Origin: Candidatus Cloacimonadota bacterium
Lineage (GTDB): Bacteria > Cloacimonadota > Cloacimonadia > Cloacimonadales > TCS61
DNA: 55,631 bases
Direction: 5' to 3'
NCBI GenBank assembly: GCA_030620155.1
Contig: JAUXFF010000001.1
Location: 1-55,631 of the forward strand
The notes beneath the pieces were generated by a model. The model did no database searches, was not told the origin of the DNA, and saw nothing but the letters and a program-made list of their open reading frames with translations. Positions 18,991 to 28,121 of this stretch are shown here, piece after piece. The translations under genes were made by a program, and so were the position numbers. Numbering within the stretch: position 1 is the first letter of the stretch; every line of letters begins with the position of its first letter.

Positions 18991-19298
18991 TGGCCACTGA
19001 CTTACACTGACTATCACTGACTTTTAATTCCTCTTATTTTTAAAAATTATTTCCGTCTGTGTTTGTCTGCCTGCCTTGCCGTAGTTTTGTCGTAGGCAGG
19101 TGGCTACTTTTTTTGGCCACTGACTTACACTGACTGATCACTGACTTTTGTTATTTTTTATCATTGACTTTTCTAAAAAAACAAATAATTTCTTTTTCTG
19201 TGAAATATCTGTGTTTGTCTGTGGCTACTTTTTTTGACCACTGACTTACACTGACTGATCACTGACTTTTTTCTGTTAATGTTTGTTTCAGTCTATAA
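18991..19298. repeat. three tandem composite repeat units between valS and the GxxExxY gene
   Basis: G(G/A)CCACTGACTTACACTGACT(G)ATCACTGACTTTT at 18991-19025, 19115-19149 and 19236-19270. Copies 2 and 3 are preceded by CTGTGTTTGTCTG...GGCTAC-T(6-7). The heptamer GTCAGTG (minus strand) recurs with 10-11 bp phasing. Confidence 0.85.
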
Positions 19299-19673
19299 TT
19301 AAAATATTCTTCTTTTAAATTCAAGTTTACTTCCAAAATTAACTATCAGTCCAATTCTAATTCCGGTTGCTTTTAAGTAATTCAATAATTGAGCTTCATG
19401 TTGTGAATTCAGAGTACTAACTGCTTTTATTTCAATTATTACTTTATCTTCTACAACAAGGTCAGCACGGAATTTTCCAATTATTGTTCCTTTATAATTA
19501 ACTTTGATTTCTTTTTCGAAATTAACCTTTAAACCTATATTTTTCAATTCAATTATCAAAGCCTTAACATATACAAATTCTAAAAACCCAGCTCCTAATT
19601 CGTCATAAACAACATAAAAACATTTGATAATTTTCTCTGTTAAATCTGAATACAAATACTTCTTAACCATCAT
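19299..19673 (-). CDS. GxxExxY protein (PD-(D/E)XK nuclease-like superfamily)
   Basis: GAGFLEFVY motif near the N-terminus, followed by DLVVEDKVIIEIKAV (D...E.K nuclease-like core). About 124 aa, as is typical for this family. Confidence 0.7.
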   Translation of the reverse strand: MMVKKYLYSDLTEKIIKCFYVVYDELGAGFLEFVYVKALIIELKNIGLKVNFEKEIKVNYKGTIIGKFRADLVVEDKVIIEIKAVSTLNSQHEAQLLNYLKATGIRIGLIVNFGSKLEFKRRIF

Positions 19674-19835
19674 AAGTCCTTAATTATTTTGTTTTATTAC
19701 AGTCAAATTATATTTATTTTTTCCGTCTGTGTTTCTCTGTGTAAGTCTTGTGGCTTTTTTAGCCACTTGACTTACACTGACTTTAATTCTTCTTATTGTA
19801 CGATACTTATCTTTGTCTGTGCCCTTCGTGGCTAA
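19674..19835. repeat. fourth, partial copy of the 19-kb composite repeat, overlapping the Nudix gene 3' end
   Basis: TTCCGTCTGTGTTTCTCTGTG...TGGCTTTTTTAGCCACTTGACTTACACTGACTTT (about 19722-19785) and CTTTGTCTGTGCCCTTCGTGGCT (19810-19832), which encodes the Nudix tail SHEGHRQR. Confidence 0.7.
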
Positions 19836-20352
19836 TCTTTTCCTTCACTTTTTCAATAAAAAATCTATGAGAAGGAAATGCGATATCAGGTAAATTATCC
19901 AGCTTCACATAACGCGCTTCAGCAGCGTCATCACCAGCCTGAAGCTTACCTCCAGTGACCTTCATAAGAAAGCCAAAAGAAATTACTTTTTCATATATTG
20001 GAGAAAAATCTGTGTAATATCCCAGGGATTCTTCGACAGTTCCATCAAGACCTGTTTCTTCTTTCATTTCCTCAATAGCGGTAGTTTCAGGATCTTGATT
20101 TATTTCAATGTATCCACTTGGTAAAGCCCATTCATTGGGATTCGGTGGGAATTTTCTCTTAATGATTACAATTTCTGATTTGTTGTTAATTATAACGCAA
20201 GCAGAAGCTGGAATTGGATTTTTGTAATAAGTCCATCCGCAATTATTGCAATGTGGTCGCATTTTATTTTCCGGGTCTTTTTTAAGTGTTAGAACGGCTC
20301 CACAACGTATACAATAATTTATATCCTGGTAAGACTTTTTAAAGATTTCCAT
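19807..20352 (-). CDS. zinc-ribbon Nudix hydrolase (NudC-like layout)
   Basis: CIRCG...CNNCGW ribbon, then a Nudix box with canonical spacing, GYIEINQDPETTAIEEMKEETGL. Q and E replace two usually conserved E/R positions. Confidence 0.75.
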   Translation of the reverse strand: MEIFKKSYQDINYCIRCGAVLTLKKDPENKMRPHCNNCGWTYYKNPIPASACVIINNKSEIVIIKRKFPPNPNEWALPSGYIEINQDPETTAIEEMKEETGLDGTVEESLGYYTDFSPIYEKVISFGFLMKVTGGKLQAGDDAAEARYVKLDNLPDIAFPSHRFFIEKVKEKISHEGHRQR

Positions 20353-20353
20353 T

Positions 20354-21124
20354 TTAACTTTTTACAATAAAGTCAATCTTAACAAGGCAATTATCTTCAT
20401 AAATATAAATACATTTTTCAATTAGATCAAAATCGCTGACAAAATGAATTTTATTCTTTGATACATAAGTTGCAAGAGACTCACCAGTGATGTTATTTAA
20501 TGCTGTTATAGAATTATCGGACAGTAACAAAATTATACTACTATCAAGTCGTCTATATTTATCAAGAGAAATTTGAAATATGGAATTAAATTCATAATCA
20601 ATATGAGGATTACAATTAAGATTTCTTTCCCAGATATCAGTTCCAAGATCGCGATGTAAACAAAACATTTTATTACCTTCTATCACAACCAATAACCGGT
20701 TAGCATCCAGTAGTTCAATACCGATTATCCCTTCTTCAAACACCCTTTCCCATTTAAGGATACCTGGTTTTTTGCTTATTGATTTCAATGTGTTTTCAGA
20801 AATAAGATACATCTGTTTATGGTCAAATACAGGTTTAAGAGATAATTCGAAATCCAATTCCCGTGACCATTCTTTCTTTAGAGTTATTTTCTGACCTGGT
20901 AATAAATTCAAATCATAAGTTTCTTTCAGAATATCATTTAGCAATTCTTGAGATTGTTCCTGGATTTCAAGAAATTTTTCCATTAACTCATTTCTTACGA
21001 ATTCTGAGCTTCTTTGTTTTTGTATGAATTGCTGTTCTGCAAACCAGTTCTTACCATAAAAAACATAAATAACAGATAAAATAATCACTACTATCAGAAT
21101 AATTGATGTAATTCTTATTTGCAT
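20354..21124 (-). CDS. hypothetical membrane-anchored protein
   Basis: N-terminal TM helix (ITSIILIVVIILSVIYVFY), then a helical segment and a beta-rich C-terminal part. No family recognised. Only 1 nt separates it from the Nudix gene. Confidence 0.5.
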   Translation of the reverse strand: MQIRITSIILIVVIILSVIYVFYGKNWFAEQQFIQKQRSSEFVRNELMEKFLEIQEQSQELLNDILKETYDLNLLPGQKITLKKEWSRELDFELSLKPVFDHKQMYLISENTLKSISKKPGILKWERVFEEGIIGIELLDANRLLVVIEGNKMFCLHRDLGTDIWERNLNCNPHIDYEFNSIFQISLDKYRRLDSSIILLLSDNSITALNNITGESLATYVSKNKIHFVSDFDLIEKCIYIYEDNCLVKIDFIVKS

Positions 21125-21801
21125 AATTTTTTCCAGAGCTTTTTAATCCGGGATTCTCTTTCACGACTAGTGAATTCTTGGGAGCAAAGGATAACATATG
21201 GAAAACTTTGGATTTTAAATAATTTCCTGATTTTTCTTTTAATATTTAATATCGTAATTCCAGAAGCAATTTTATCTGCCTCTAATGATGGAATGGAAAA
21301 TAGTAAGGAATTTTTATCAAGTAAAGGTTTGTTAATCTTAACATTAATATCTTCATCCCTACTTCCCAATAGAAAGAGATCTTTTTTTGTTTTTATTTTA
21401 AAATTATCCCAGCTTTTACCAATATATTCCAATTTATTTTCCTTGATAATACCGCAAAGCATTCTTCCAAATTGAACTATGAATATATCTTCATTTATTG
21501 TTATTATTAAAATGACTGAAGTACCAAACTCATAATTTTCTTTATCTAAAAACTTAGAGAATAGCTGCCAGTTTTGTTCAATAAAAAATTCAGTTAATTC
21601 ACTTTCTAATTCTTCCGGAGGAACCATTTCAATTTCCAGTTTACATAAGTTATTTATAAGGTGTGAGTTAATACTTCTTAGAAATTTTGTATCAGTAAGA
21701 TTATAAGTTAATAATATTATATTTATATTTTGATCTTTAAATATATTTACATATGATAAATTGCTTTTAATAGTATCTGAAATATCTAATATTTTATACA
21801 T
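21115..21801 (-). CDS. hypothetical protein
   Basis: An intact 228-aa ORF overlapping its downstream neighbour by 10 nt. There is a weak resemblance to a catalytically degenerate PP2C/SpoIIE fold (GTSVILIITINEDIFIVQFG), which is speculative. Confidence 0.45.
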   Translation of the reverse strand: MYKILDISDTIKSNLSYVNIFKDQNINIILLTYNLTDTKFLRSINSHLINNLCKLEIEMVPPEELESELTEFFIEQNWQLFSKFLDKENYEFGTSVILIITINEDIFIVQFGRMLCGIIKENKLEYIGKSWDNFKIKTKKDLFLLGSRDEDINVKINKPLLDKNSLLFSIPSLEADKIASGITILNIKRKIRKLFKIQSFPYVILCSQEFTSRERESRIKKLWKKLCK

Positions 21802-21804
21802 AAT

Positions 21805-22887
21805 TTAACTCCACCATTTAATAAAGCTTCTATAGAATACTCTTATTAATGTAGGTATATCCATAAGCATATTAGTATAAGAAGCATTAGCTAAAGGACA
21901 ATAACATTCTTTATTCTTGATAGACTTTCTCTCTTTTTTGAATTTATCATTAAACCAGATTTTCTTGAAATTATAATCATTTTTTCTAAGATTGCCAAGT
22001 GATTCTGCTTTAATACAACATGACCATACATCTCCTTCAGGAGAAATATGTACGGAAGCTATTCCAGAAAAACAGGGAATAATCTGTGTTTTATCTCGTA
22101 AGATCTTTTTTACTAAGTCATAGTATTCAATCCTGAAAGCCTGGGTTATTTTATTCATTCCAGAAAATTCTTCATTTTTAATCCTATGAATTAAGAAATC
22201 AATAGCAGTTCTATATGAAAGGAGCTGAGGAGTAATTTTTTTATACATCGTATCCAGTTCATTTCTTTGTTCTGCAATTTCAGTAATATATGAATCAGGT
22301 TTAAGACTCATCAAATCAGTAGCAATTTTAGAAAAATCATGAACATTGAATTTTGAAATTACCGTATGAATTCCCACTGAAACATTTTTAAATGAAAGCT
22401 CTTTAAGTTTATGAAATACCGTCATTATTTTTTTATAATTACCGGGAACCTGTCTTATTTTATCATGTTGTTCCCCAACTGCGTCAATAGAAAGATTTAT
22501 AATAATTTGAGTTTTAGAACAGAATTGTGCGATTTCAGAAACATTTTTAACAATAGCATCTACCAGAATACCATTTGTAGGAATATTTATAATTTTAGGT
22601 TTAGAATATTTATAAATTATTTTACAGATATCAACAATATCCTTTCTTAAAAAAGGTTCTCCCCCACTTAATGTTATCCAATAGGGTGAATGACCGATTT
22701 TTTTTAATATCTTTTCATATTCGGATAATGTTAAATTATCTGCTTTTTTATTGTAGACAAAGCAGGTTTTACATCTTGAATTACATGTGTAAAGTAAGCT
22801 CAATGTATAATTCATGGGCATAAGTTTCGGGAATCCAAAACTACGAAAACATTTATAAGTGAAAATTTTTGGTAACAATTCAAACAT
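21805..22887 (-). CDS. radical SAM protein with SPASM-like C-terminal Cys cluster
   Basis: CNSRCKTC cluster motif, SGGEPFL, and C-terminal cysteines (IIPCFSG...VWSCCIK...ECYCPLA). Confidence 0.75.
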   Translation of the reverse strand: MFELLPKIFTYKCFRSFGFPKLMPMNYTLSLLYTCNSRCKTCFVYNKKADNLTLSEYEKILKKIGHSPYWITLSGGEPFLRKDIVDICKIIYKYSKPKIINIPTNGILVDAIVKNVSEIAQFCSKTQIIINLSIDAVGEQHDKIRQVPGNYKKIMTVFHKLKELSFKNVSVGIHTVISKFNVHDFSKIATDLMSLKPDSYITEIAEQRNELDTMYKKITPQLLSYRTAIDFLIHRIKNEEFSGMNKITQAFRIEYYDLVKKILRDKTQIIPCFSGIASVHISPEGDVWSCCIKAESLGNLRKNDYNFKKIWFNDKFKKERKSIKNKECYCPLANASYTNMLMDIPTLIRVFYRSFIKWWS

Positions 22888-22890
22888 TTT

Positions 22891-23790
22891 TTAATTCTCG
22901 CGTTTCAGATTTTTAGTTGATTTTGCAATTTCCCATTTAAATGGATTTTTCTTTTTAATTTTCAGATCAAACCAGCCCATTATTCTACTATAGATTTCAA
23001 CTAGTATGGTTCCAATTAGAAAAAAAACTTTAAAGGGATTTTCAAGTATTTCGGAAACAGCTAATTTTAATAAAATATTTCTATTTTGAGACGCAACGGA
23101 ATAATTTTCTGTTTCTTTTAGCCATATATGCCCGGAAGCTATTCTTCTGCGTTGTTTGATAAAGTCTTTTAAATTTTCCGGACCTTTGTTGTGTACAATA
23201 GCATCAGGGATATACTTAAGTTCCAATCCTTTTTCCCTCATTAAAGCTTCGATACTGGCTTCGTCAACAGCACTTTTTTCAGGAATCTCGTTAAATATTT
23301 TTCTAAAAGCCACCATCTCACCTAATTTAGGTGATATCATAGCCATTTTATGATGAAGCTTCCATAAAAGGTTTACACTGTATCCAACAAATGTTCCCGG
23401 ATCGTTTTCAGGAACAGGTCTACCACCTGTCATGCCGGTTTTCTCTATGAAAAATGGGATAACAAATTTTTCGACAGTATCTTTAGCTGGTATTGTATCA
23501 CCACTCTCAATAATCAAAATATCAGATGATGCAGCTTTAATGAATTTATTAATAGCAGAAGACTTACCTCTTCTTTCCGGTTCTGTTATCAAAGAAATTT
23601 TGGGATATTTATCAACATACTTTCGTACGATTTCATCAGTACCATCAGTTGAAGCGCTGGACACAACAATAATTTCAGCAATTATAACTTTCTCAAGTTC
23701 CTGGTTCAATAAAGCATTCAGCAATTTAGCGATATTTGATGCCTCGTTATGAACTATAATTCCTATACTGCATTTAAGTTTTATTTTCAT
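22891..23790 (-). CDS. family 2 glycosyltransferase with C-terminal membrane segment
   Basis: SIGIIVHNEASNIAKLLNAL N-terminus with downstream acidic motifs (STDGTDE, ESGD) typical of GT-A/GT2. It overlaps the nusB 3' end by 17 nt. Confidence 0.7.
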   Translation of the reverse strand: MKIKLKCSIGIIVHNEASNIAKLLNALLNQELEKVIIAEIIVVSSASTDGTDEIVRKYVDKYPKISLITEPERRGKSSAINKFIKAASSDILIIESGDTIPAKDTVEKFVIPFFIEKTGMTGGRPVPENDPGTFVGYSVNLLWKLHHKMAMISPKLGEMVAFRKIFNEIPEKSAVDEASIEALMREKGLELKYIPDAIVHNKGPENLKDFIKQRRRIASGHIWLKETENYSVASQNRNILLKLAVSEILENPFKVFFLIGTILVEIYSRIMGWFDLKIKKKNPFKWEIAKSTKNLKREN

Positions 23791-24226
23791 TTTGTCCTTC
23801 TACAACAGCGTTTAGAATACCATTAATGAATTTTCCCGAACTTTCGGAACAATATTTTTTAGAAATTTCGATCGCTTCGTTTATGATAATCGGCGGGGCT
23901 GTATCTGTAAAAAGTAATTCATAAACCCCAATTCTTAAAATACTTTTATCTAAAAATGCAATTTTATTAAAAGACCAATTTTTTGTATTTTTCTCTATTA
24001 TTTTGTCAATTTTATCAATATTTTCTAACAAATGTATTAAGATTTTTTCAGCAAATTCGAAAATTTGACTATCACTCTTTATATTTTTATTATTTGTAAT
24101 CTCTAACAGTTTTTCATAAAAGACAGAAGAAGTATCCCTTGGAGAGATATCTGACTCAGAATCAAAATACTCTAGAGAATATAAAGTTTGTAAAGCTACC
24201 TCTCTGCCTTTTCTTCTATTGCCCAT
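23774..24226 (-). CDS. nusB: transcription antitermination factor NusB
   Basis: RRKGREVALQTLYSLEY N-terminus, 150 aa, and IINEAIEISKKY near the C-terminus. Confidence 0.85.
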   Translation of the reverse strand: MGNRRKGREVALQTLYSLEYFDSESDISPRDTSSVFYEKLLEITNNKNIKSDSQIFEFAEKILIHLLENIDKIDKIIEKNTKNWSFNKIAFLDKSILRIGVYELLFTDTAPPIIINEAIEISKKYCSESSGKFINGILNAVVEGQNENKT

Positions 24227-24251
24227 AATTAAAGAACTCCATAAACTTAAT

Positions 24252-24530
24252 TACATAAACGAGTCCTGCAAAATTTATGGAAAATTTCAAAAACCATTAA
24301 AATGGTTGAAATTTTCATGTTGAAGTTTGCTAGATCCCCACAACTGACCCCAATATACATCAGGGCAAGAGTTGTGGGTTAATTCGATACATATTATTGT
24401 ATTTCCGGCAGCTGCCGGATCAACTGTGGGTCAAAAAACCACATAAACCATACAATAACCGCTTCACTTGTCCCGTTAAATCCTTTTTCATTTAACTGGG
24501 AACGGTTTCCACTTCTATTTTGCAGTTCCC
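24252..24530 (+). mobile_element. MITE-like hairpin-rich element, copy 1
   Basis: Terminal inverted repeat CTGCAAAAT (24266-24274) / ATTTTGCAG (24517-24525). Internal hairpins include GAAAATTTC...GAAATTTTC and CCCACAAC...GTTGTGGG. It is collinear with the reverse complement of 39800-40040. Confidence 0.75.
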
Positions 24531-24636
24531 TTTTAATTACATAATCCCCAAAATTTATACCAGAGAAAAAAAGAAGAACTTTATTGCAAGATATTTTTAG
24601 AGATTCTAAAAACTCGTGTTTACGAAGATTTTATAT

Positions 24637-24665
24637 TTGACAATAAATCGCTTATATTTTAATAA
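24637..24665 (+). promoter_or_regulatory. candidate sigma70-like promoter for the PIN-PhoH gene
   Basis: TTGACA (24637-24642), a 17-nt spacer, then TAATAA (24660-24665). AAGGAG RBS precedes ATG 24719. This is a pattern match only. Confidence 0.3.
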
Positions 24666-24718
24666 AAATAGAGATTTATTAAGTATAAACTTAAAGGATA
24701 AAAATATAAGGAGATTGT

Positions 24719-26083
24719 ATGCAGAAAATTTTTGTGTTAGATACTAATGTTCTGATTCATAATCCACAATCCATGTTTTCATTTGGAGAATGCCTTGTCG
24801 TAATTCCTATTGTTGTAATTGAGGAAATTGATAATTTTAAAAAGGGAATAGATGAAAAAGGAAGAAATGCCCGTCAGATCGGACGATATCTGGATAAGTT
24901 ACGTGAAGATGGTTCTTTGCAGAAAGGAGTAAAAACTGAGAGTGGTGGAATTATCCAGGTTGTGATAAGTCGTAAGGTTTCTGAAACAACAAATGAAATA
25001 TTAATTACTGACACAAATGATAATCTTATCATAGGAACTGCTCTTTACATTAAAAAGAAGAATCCCGATAAACGTGTTGTTTTAATTTCCAAAGATGCAA
25101 ATGTTCGCATAAAAGCAGATGCTGTAGGCTTAGCTGCAGAGAATTATGAGTCAGATAAGATCAATTTCCAGGAATTATATACCGGTTATGTAAATATTAA
25201 AGTTAATAAGAAAATTATTGATGAACTTAAGGAAAAGGAATTCTTAAAAAATAGATTTGAAGTCAATAATAATGGTACATTCTTCCCTAATCAGTTTATA
25301 AGATTTTGTAAAAATATCGAAGATGAGAAAGCAGAATTAATCGTTCGATATTCACCTGAAGATAATGTACTTTATCCACTAACTTTCTACACTGGTCAGG
25401 AACTTTTTGGTATTAAAGCAAGAAACGATGAACAATTTATGGCATTTGAGTTACTTTTAGATACTTCAGTAAAACTAGTAAGCCTGGTTGGAAAAGCAGG
25501 TACGGGGAAAACATTAATTGCTTTAGCTGCAGGTTTAAACCAGGTTGTTGAACAAAATAATTTTACGCGGTTAGTAGTTTCCAGACCTATATCACCAATT
25601 GGTAAAGATATCGGATACTTACCCGGCACAAAAGCAGAAAAATTTAATCCCTGGATGCAACCCATATATGACAATATGGAAATATTATTATCACAAAAAA
25701 ATGATCGGGTTGACAATGATAATGGTAAGATTTTCGGGAAGAAACAACCGCAATTAAAAGATTATCTGGATTTTGGATTTATAGAGTTGGAACCTTTAAC
25801 GTACATTCGTGGAAGAAGTTTACCAAATCAATTTCTTATTATTGATGAGGCTCAAAATCTTACTCCGCATGAAATGAAAACCATAATTACACGAGCTGGG
25901 GAAGGCACTAAAATAGTAATTACCGGAGATCCTTACCAGATCGATATACCATATTTAGATTCAGAGAGTAATGGCTTAAGCATTGCAGTTGAGAAATTGA
26001 AAAATGAAAATATCGTAGGACATATTACACTGGAAAAAGGAGAAAGATCATTACTGGCTAATATTGCTGCTAAGTTCTTTTAA
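24719..26083 (+). CDS. PIN-domain PhoH-like ATPase (PhoH2/YlaK type)
   Basis: N-terminal PIN (FVLDTNVLIH...ISKDANVRIKA), Walker A GKAGTGKT, and a PhoH core (LIIDEAQNLTPHEMKTIITRAGEGTKIVITGDPYQID). Confidence 0.85.
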   Translation: MQKIFVLDTNVLIHNPQSMFSFGECLVVIPIVVIEEIDNFKKGIDEKGRNARQIGRYLDKLREDGSLQKGVKTESGGIIQVVISRKVSETTNEILITDTNDNLIIGTALYIKKKNPDKRVVLISKDANVRIKADAVGLAAENYESDKINFQELYTGYVNIKVNKKIIDELKEKEFLKNRFEVNNNGTFFPNQFIRFCKNIEDEKAELIVRYSPEDNVLYPLTFYTGQELFGIKARNDEQFMAFELLLDTSVKLVSLVGKAGTGKTLIALAAGLNQVVEQNNFTRLVVSRPISPIGKDIGYLPGTKAEKFNPWMQPIYDNMEILLSQKNDRVDNDNGKIFGKKQPQLKDYLDFGFIELEPLTYIRGRSLPNQFLIIDEAQNLTPHEMKTIITRAGEGTKIVITGDPYQIDIPYLDSESNGLSIAVEKLKNENIVGHITLEKGERSLLANIAAKFF

Positions 26084-26225
26084 TCAGCCACTGCCTTCGA
26101 TAAAACTACGGCAATGCAGGCTGAATTGCACAGGATTTTAACAGACAGAAAAAATAATAAAATAATTATAAATAAAAAATTATCTAAAAGCCACTGCTAA
26201 AGAGGGCAGGTGACACGAGGTAAAG
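26084..26225. repeat. intergenic repeat related (in reverse orientation) to the 19.07-kb hairpin
   Basis: GCCACTGCCTTCGATAAAACTACGGCAATGCAGGC (26087-26121) resembles the reverse complement of 19069-19104 (GCCACCTGCCTACGACAAAACTACGGCAAGGCAGGC). A second GCCACTGC...GGCAGGTGAC segment lies near 26190. Confidence 0.65.
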
Positions 26226-28118
26226 ATGCAAAACGACAGAAGCTGGACAGAGATCAATCTTACAAATTTTGAACATAATCTTAAAGAACTAAGAAATTTT
26301 TTATCTCCCGGTATAGAGATAATGCAAATTGTAAAAGCTGATGCGTATGGACATGGAGCTTTTCAAATTGCTGAAAGAGCAGTTAAATGTGGAGTGACAT
26401 TTTTAGGAGTTGCTAATGTAGATGAAGGGATGCTACTGAGATACCAGGGAATAGAAATACCAATTCTTATTTTATCACCCTCTTTAGAAAATGAAATTGA
26501 AAGAATCATAGGATCAGGATTAACTCCATCCGTTTCTACAGTTGATTTTGCTGAAAAATTGGGTAATTATACTAAATCTAAGGATATTAGAATAAAGATC
26601 CACATAAATATTGATACAGGTATGGGAAGAAGCGGTATTTATGCTAAAGAAGCCATTGAAATCATCAAAAAAATAAGAAACCTGGAAAACCTGGAAATTG
26701 AAGGAATATTTTCTCATTATTCAGCAAGTGAAAATGATCAAAAATACACTCAGGATCAGTTAAAAAAATTCAAACAGATTTTATCTCAACTGGATTTTTC
26801 CCCTGAATATACTCATATCTCCAATAGCAGCGCGGTAATAACTTCAAAAGACGATTTTTCAAACTTAGTGAGAATCGGTCTGCTTTCCTATGGAGTTTAT
26901 TCAGACAAATCCCTCGAAGAAAAAGTTAATTTAAAACCTGTAATGACCTTCAAATCCAGAATCAGTCAGATAAAAATAGCAGACAAAGGGGAATCGATAG
27001 GGTATAACAGAACTTATATTGCTTCCAAAAAAATAAAATATGCCATATTACCCGTTGGTTATGCTGATGGTTACGATTTTATGCTTTCTAATAAAGGAAA
27101 GGTTCTCATCAAAGAAAAAATCTGCAACATAGTCGGGAAAGTAAGTATGGATATGATCGCAGTTGATGTTTCAAATCTAAATAAAATTGATGTAAATGAT
27201 AAAGTAATTCTTTTAGGAGATGAAAATAGTAATTTAAGAGCAGAAAATTTAACCGGACTTTTTAATGGTTCCAGTTATGAAATCTTATGCCAGGTAGGTA
27301 GAAGAGCAAAAAGATATTATAAAGATAATGGAAAAATTATAGACTCCTCTCCCCTATTAAGAAGAGATTTTGTTTCTACTGATTATTCGGATGAAAAACT
27401 GAATTTCATTATTGAAACCGCTATTGAACAGCGTCTACAAAGTAAAGAAATAGCAAATCTTATTTATTCAGATGTTTTAAAAAGATTTTTCGCAGAAAGG
27501 GATAAAGAAATTTGTTATAGGAATAATTTTGTTCATACTATCGAATTTAAGGAAACCAAAAGCGCATTTCTAAAAGATTATTTTCTAGTAAATACGACTC
27601 TTACTTTTAATAAGAAATTACAGAATGATTATTTTTATGTAGCTTGTGCAAAAAATGAAAATCTTCTTGAAAAATATTTTTTAAGAAAAGATGTGGAATA
27701 TCGCTGGTTACTGGATAATAACTTTGATCTTGAAACTGAGTTTTTCGATATTACTTCAGTAAAAATCAATGAAATTGAACTTTATAATGATATAAAAATC
27801 AGCGGTGGATGTATTGAAATCCGATGTTATCATCAAAAATTAAAAGAACTTGTCGGCAAAGAAGTAAATTTCTCTATTTCTACGAGAACTTATTACCCCC
27901 AAAGCTCTCATCAATTATCAGTCTATATAATCGAGATGACCCAGGGTGTTAATATCGAGTTCATTTTTAATAAATTATTGCAAAAAGTTGAAGCTGTACC
28001 TATTTTTTCAGGTAGAAATAAATTTCCTCAAATAGAAAACAAGAAAGACAGTATTTCTATCTCATCTCAAAAAGACGAGTGGATATTTCCCAATAGTGGT
28101 GTGGTGTTTGTTTATTAA
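26226..28118 (+). CDS. alr: alanine racemase fused to an uncharacterised ~260-aa C-terminal domain
   Basis: PLP-lysine motif VKADAYGHGA, then HIDTGMGR-type IDTGMGRSG and PVGYADGYD. The Alr fold appears to end near ILCQVGRRAKRYY (about aa 365). The ORF then continues uninterrupted for about 260 further aa. Confidence 0.8.
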   Translation: MQNDRSWTEINLTNFEHNLKELRNFLSPGIEIMQIVKADAYGHGAFQIAERAVKCGVTFLGVANVDEGMLLRYQGIEIPILILSPSLENEIERIIGSGLTPSVSTVDFAEKLGNYTKSKDIRIKIHINIDTGMGRSGIYAKEAIEIIKKIRNLENLEIEGIFSHYSASENDQKYTQDQLKKFKQILSQLDFSPEYTHISNSSAVITSKDDFSNLVRIGLLSYGVYSDKSLEEKVNLKPVMTFKSRISQIKIADKGESIGYNRTYIASKKIKYAILPVGYADGYDFMLSNKGKVLIKEKICNIVGKVSMDMIAVDVSNLNKIDVNDKVILLGDENSNLRAENLTGLFNGSSYEILCQVGRRAKRYYKDNGKIIDSSPLLRRDFVSTDYSDEKLNFIIETAIEQRLQSKEIANLIYSDVLKRFFAERDKEICYRNNFVHTIEFKETKSAFLKDYFLVNTTLTFNKKLQNDYFYVACAKNENLLEKYFLRKDVEYRWLLDNNFDLETEFFDITSVKINEIELYNDIKISGGCIEIRCYHQKLKELVGKEVNFSISTRTYYPQSSHQLSVYIIEMTQGVNIEFIFNKLLQKVEAVPIFSGRNKFPQIENKKDSISISSQKDEWIFPNSGVVFVY

Positions 28119-28121
28119 GAA

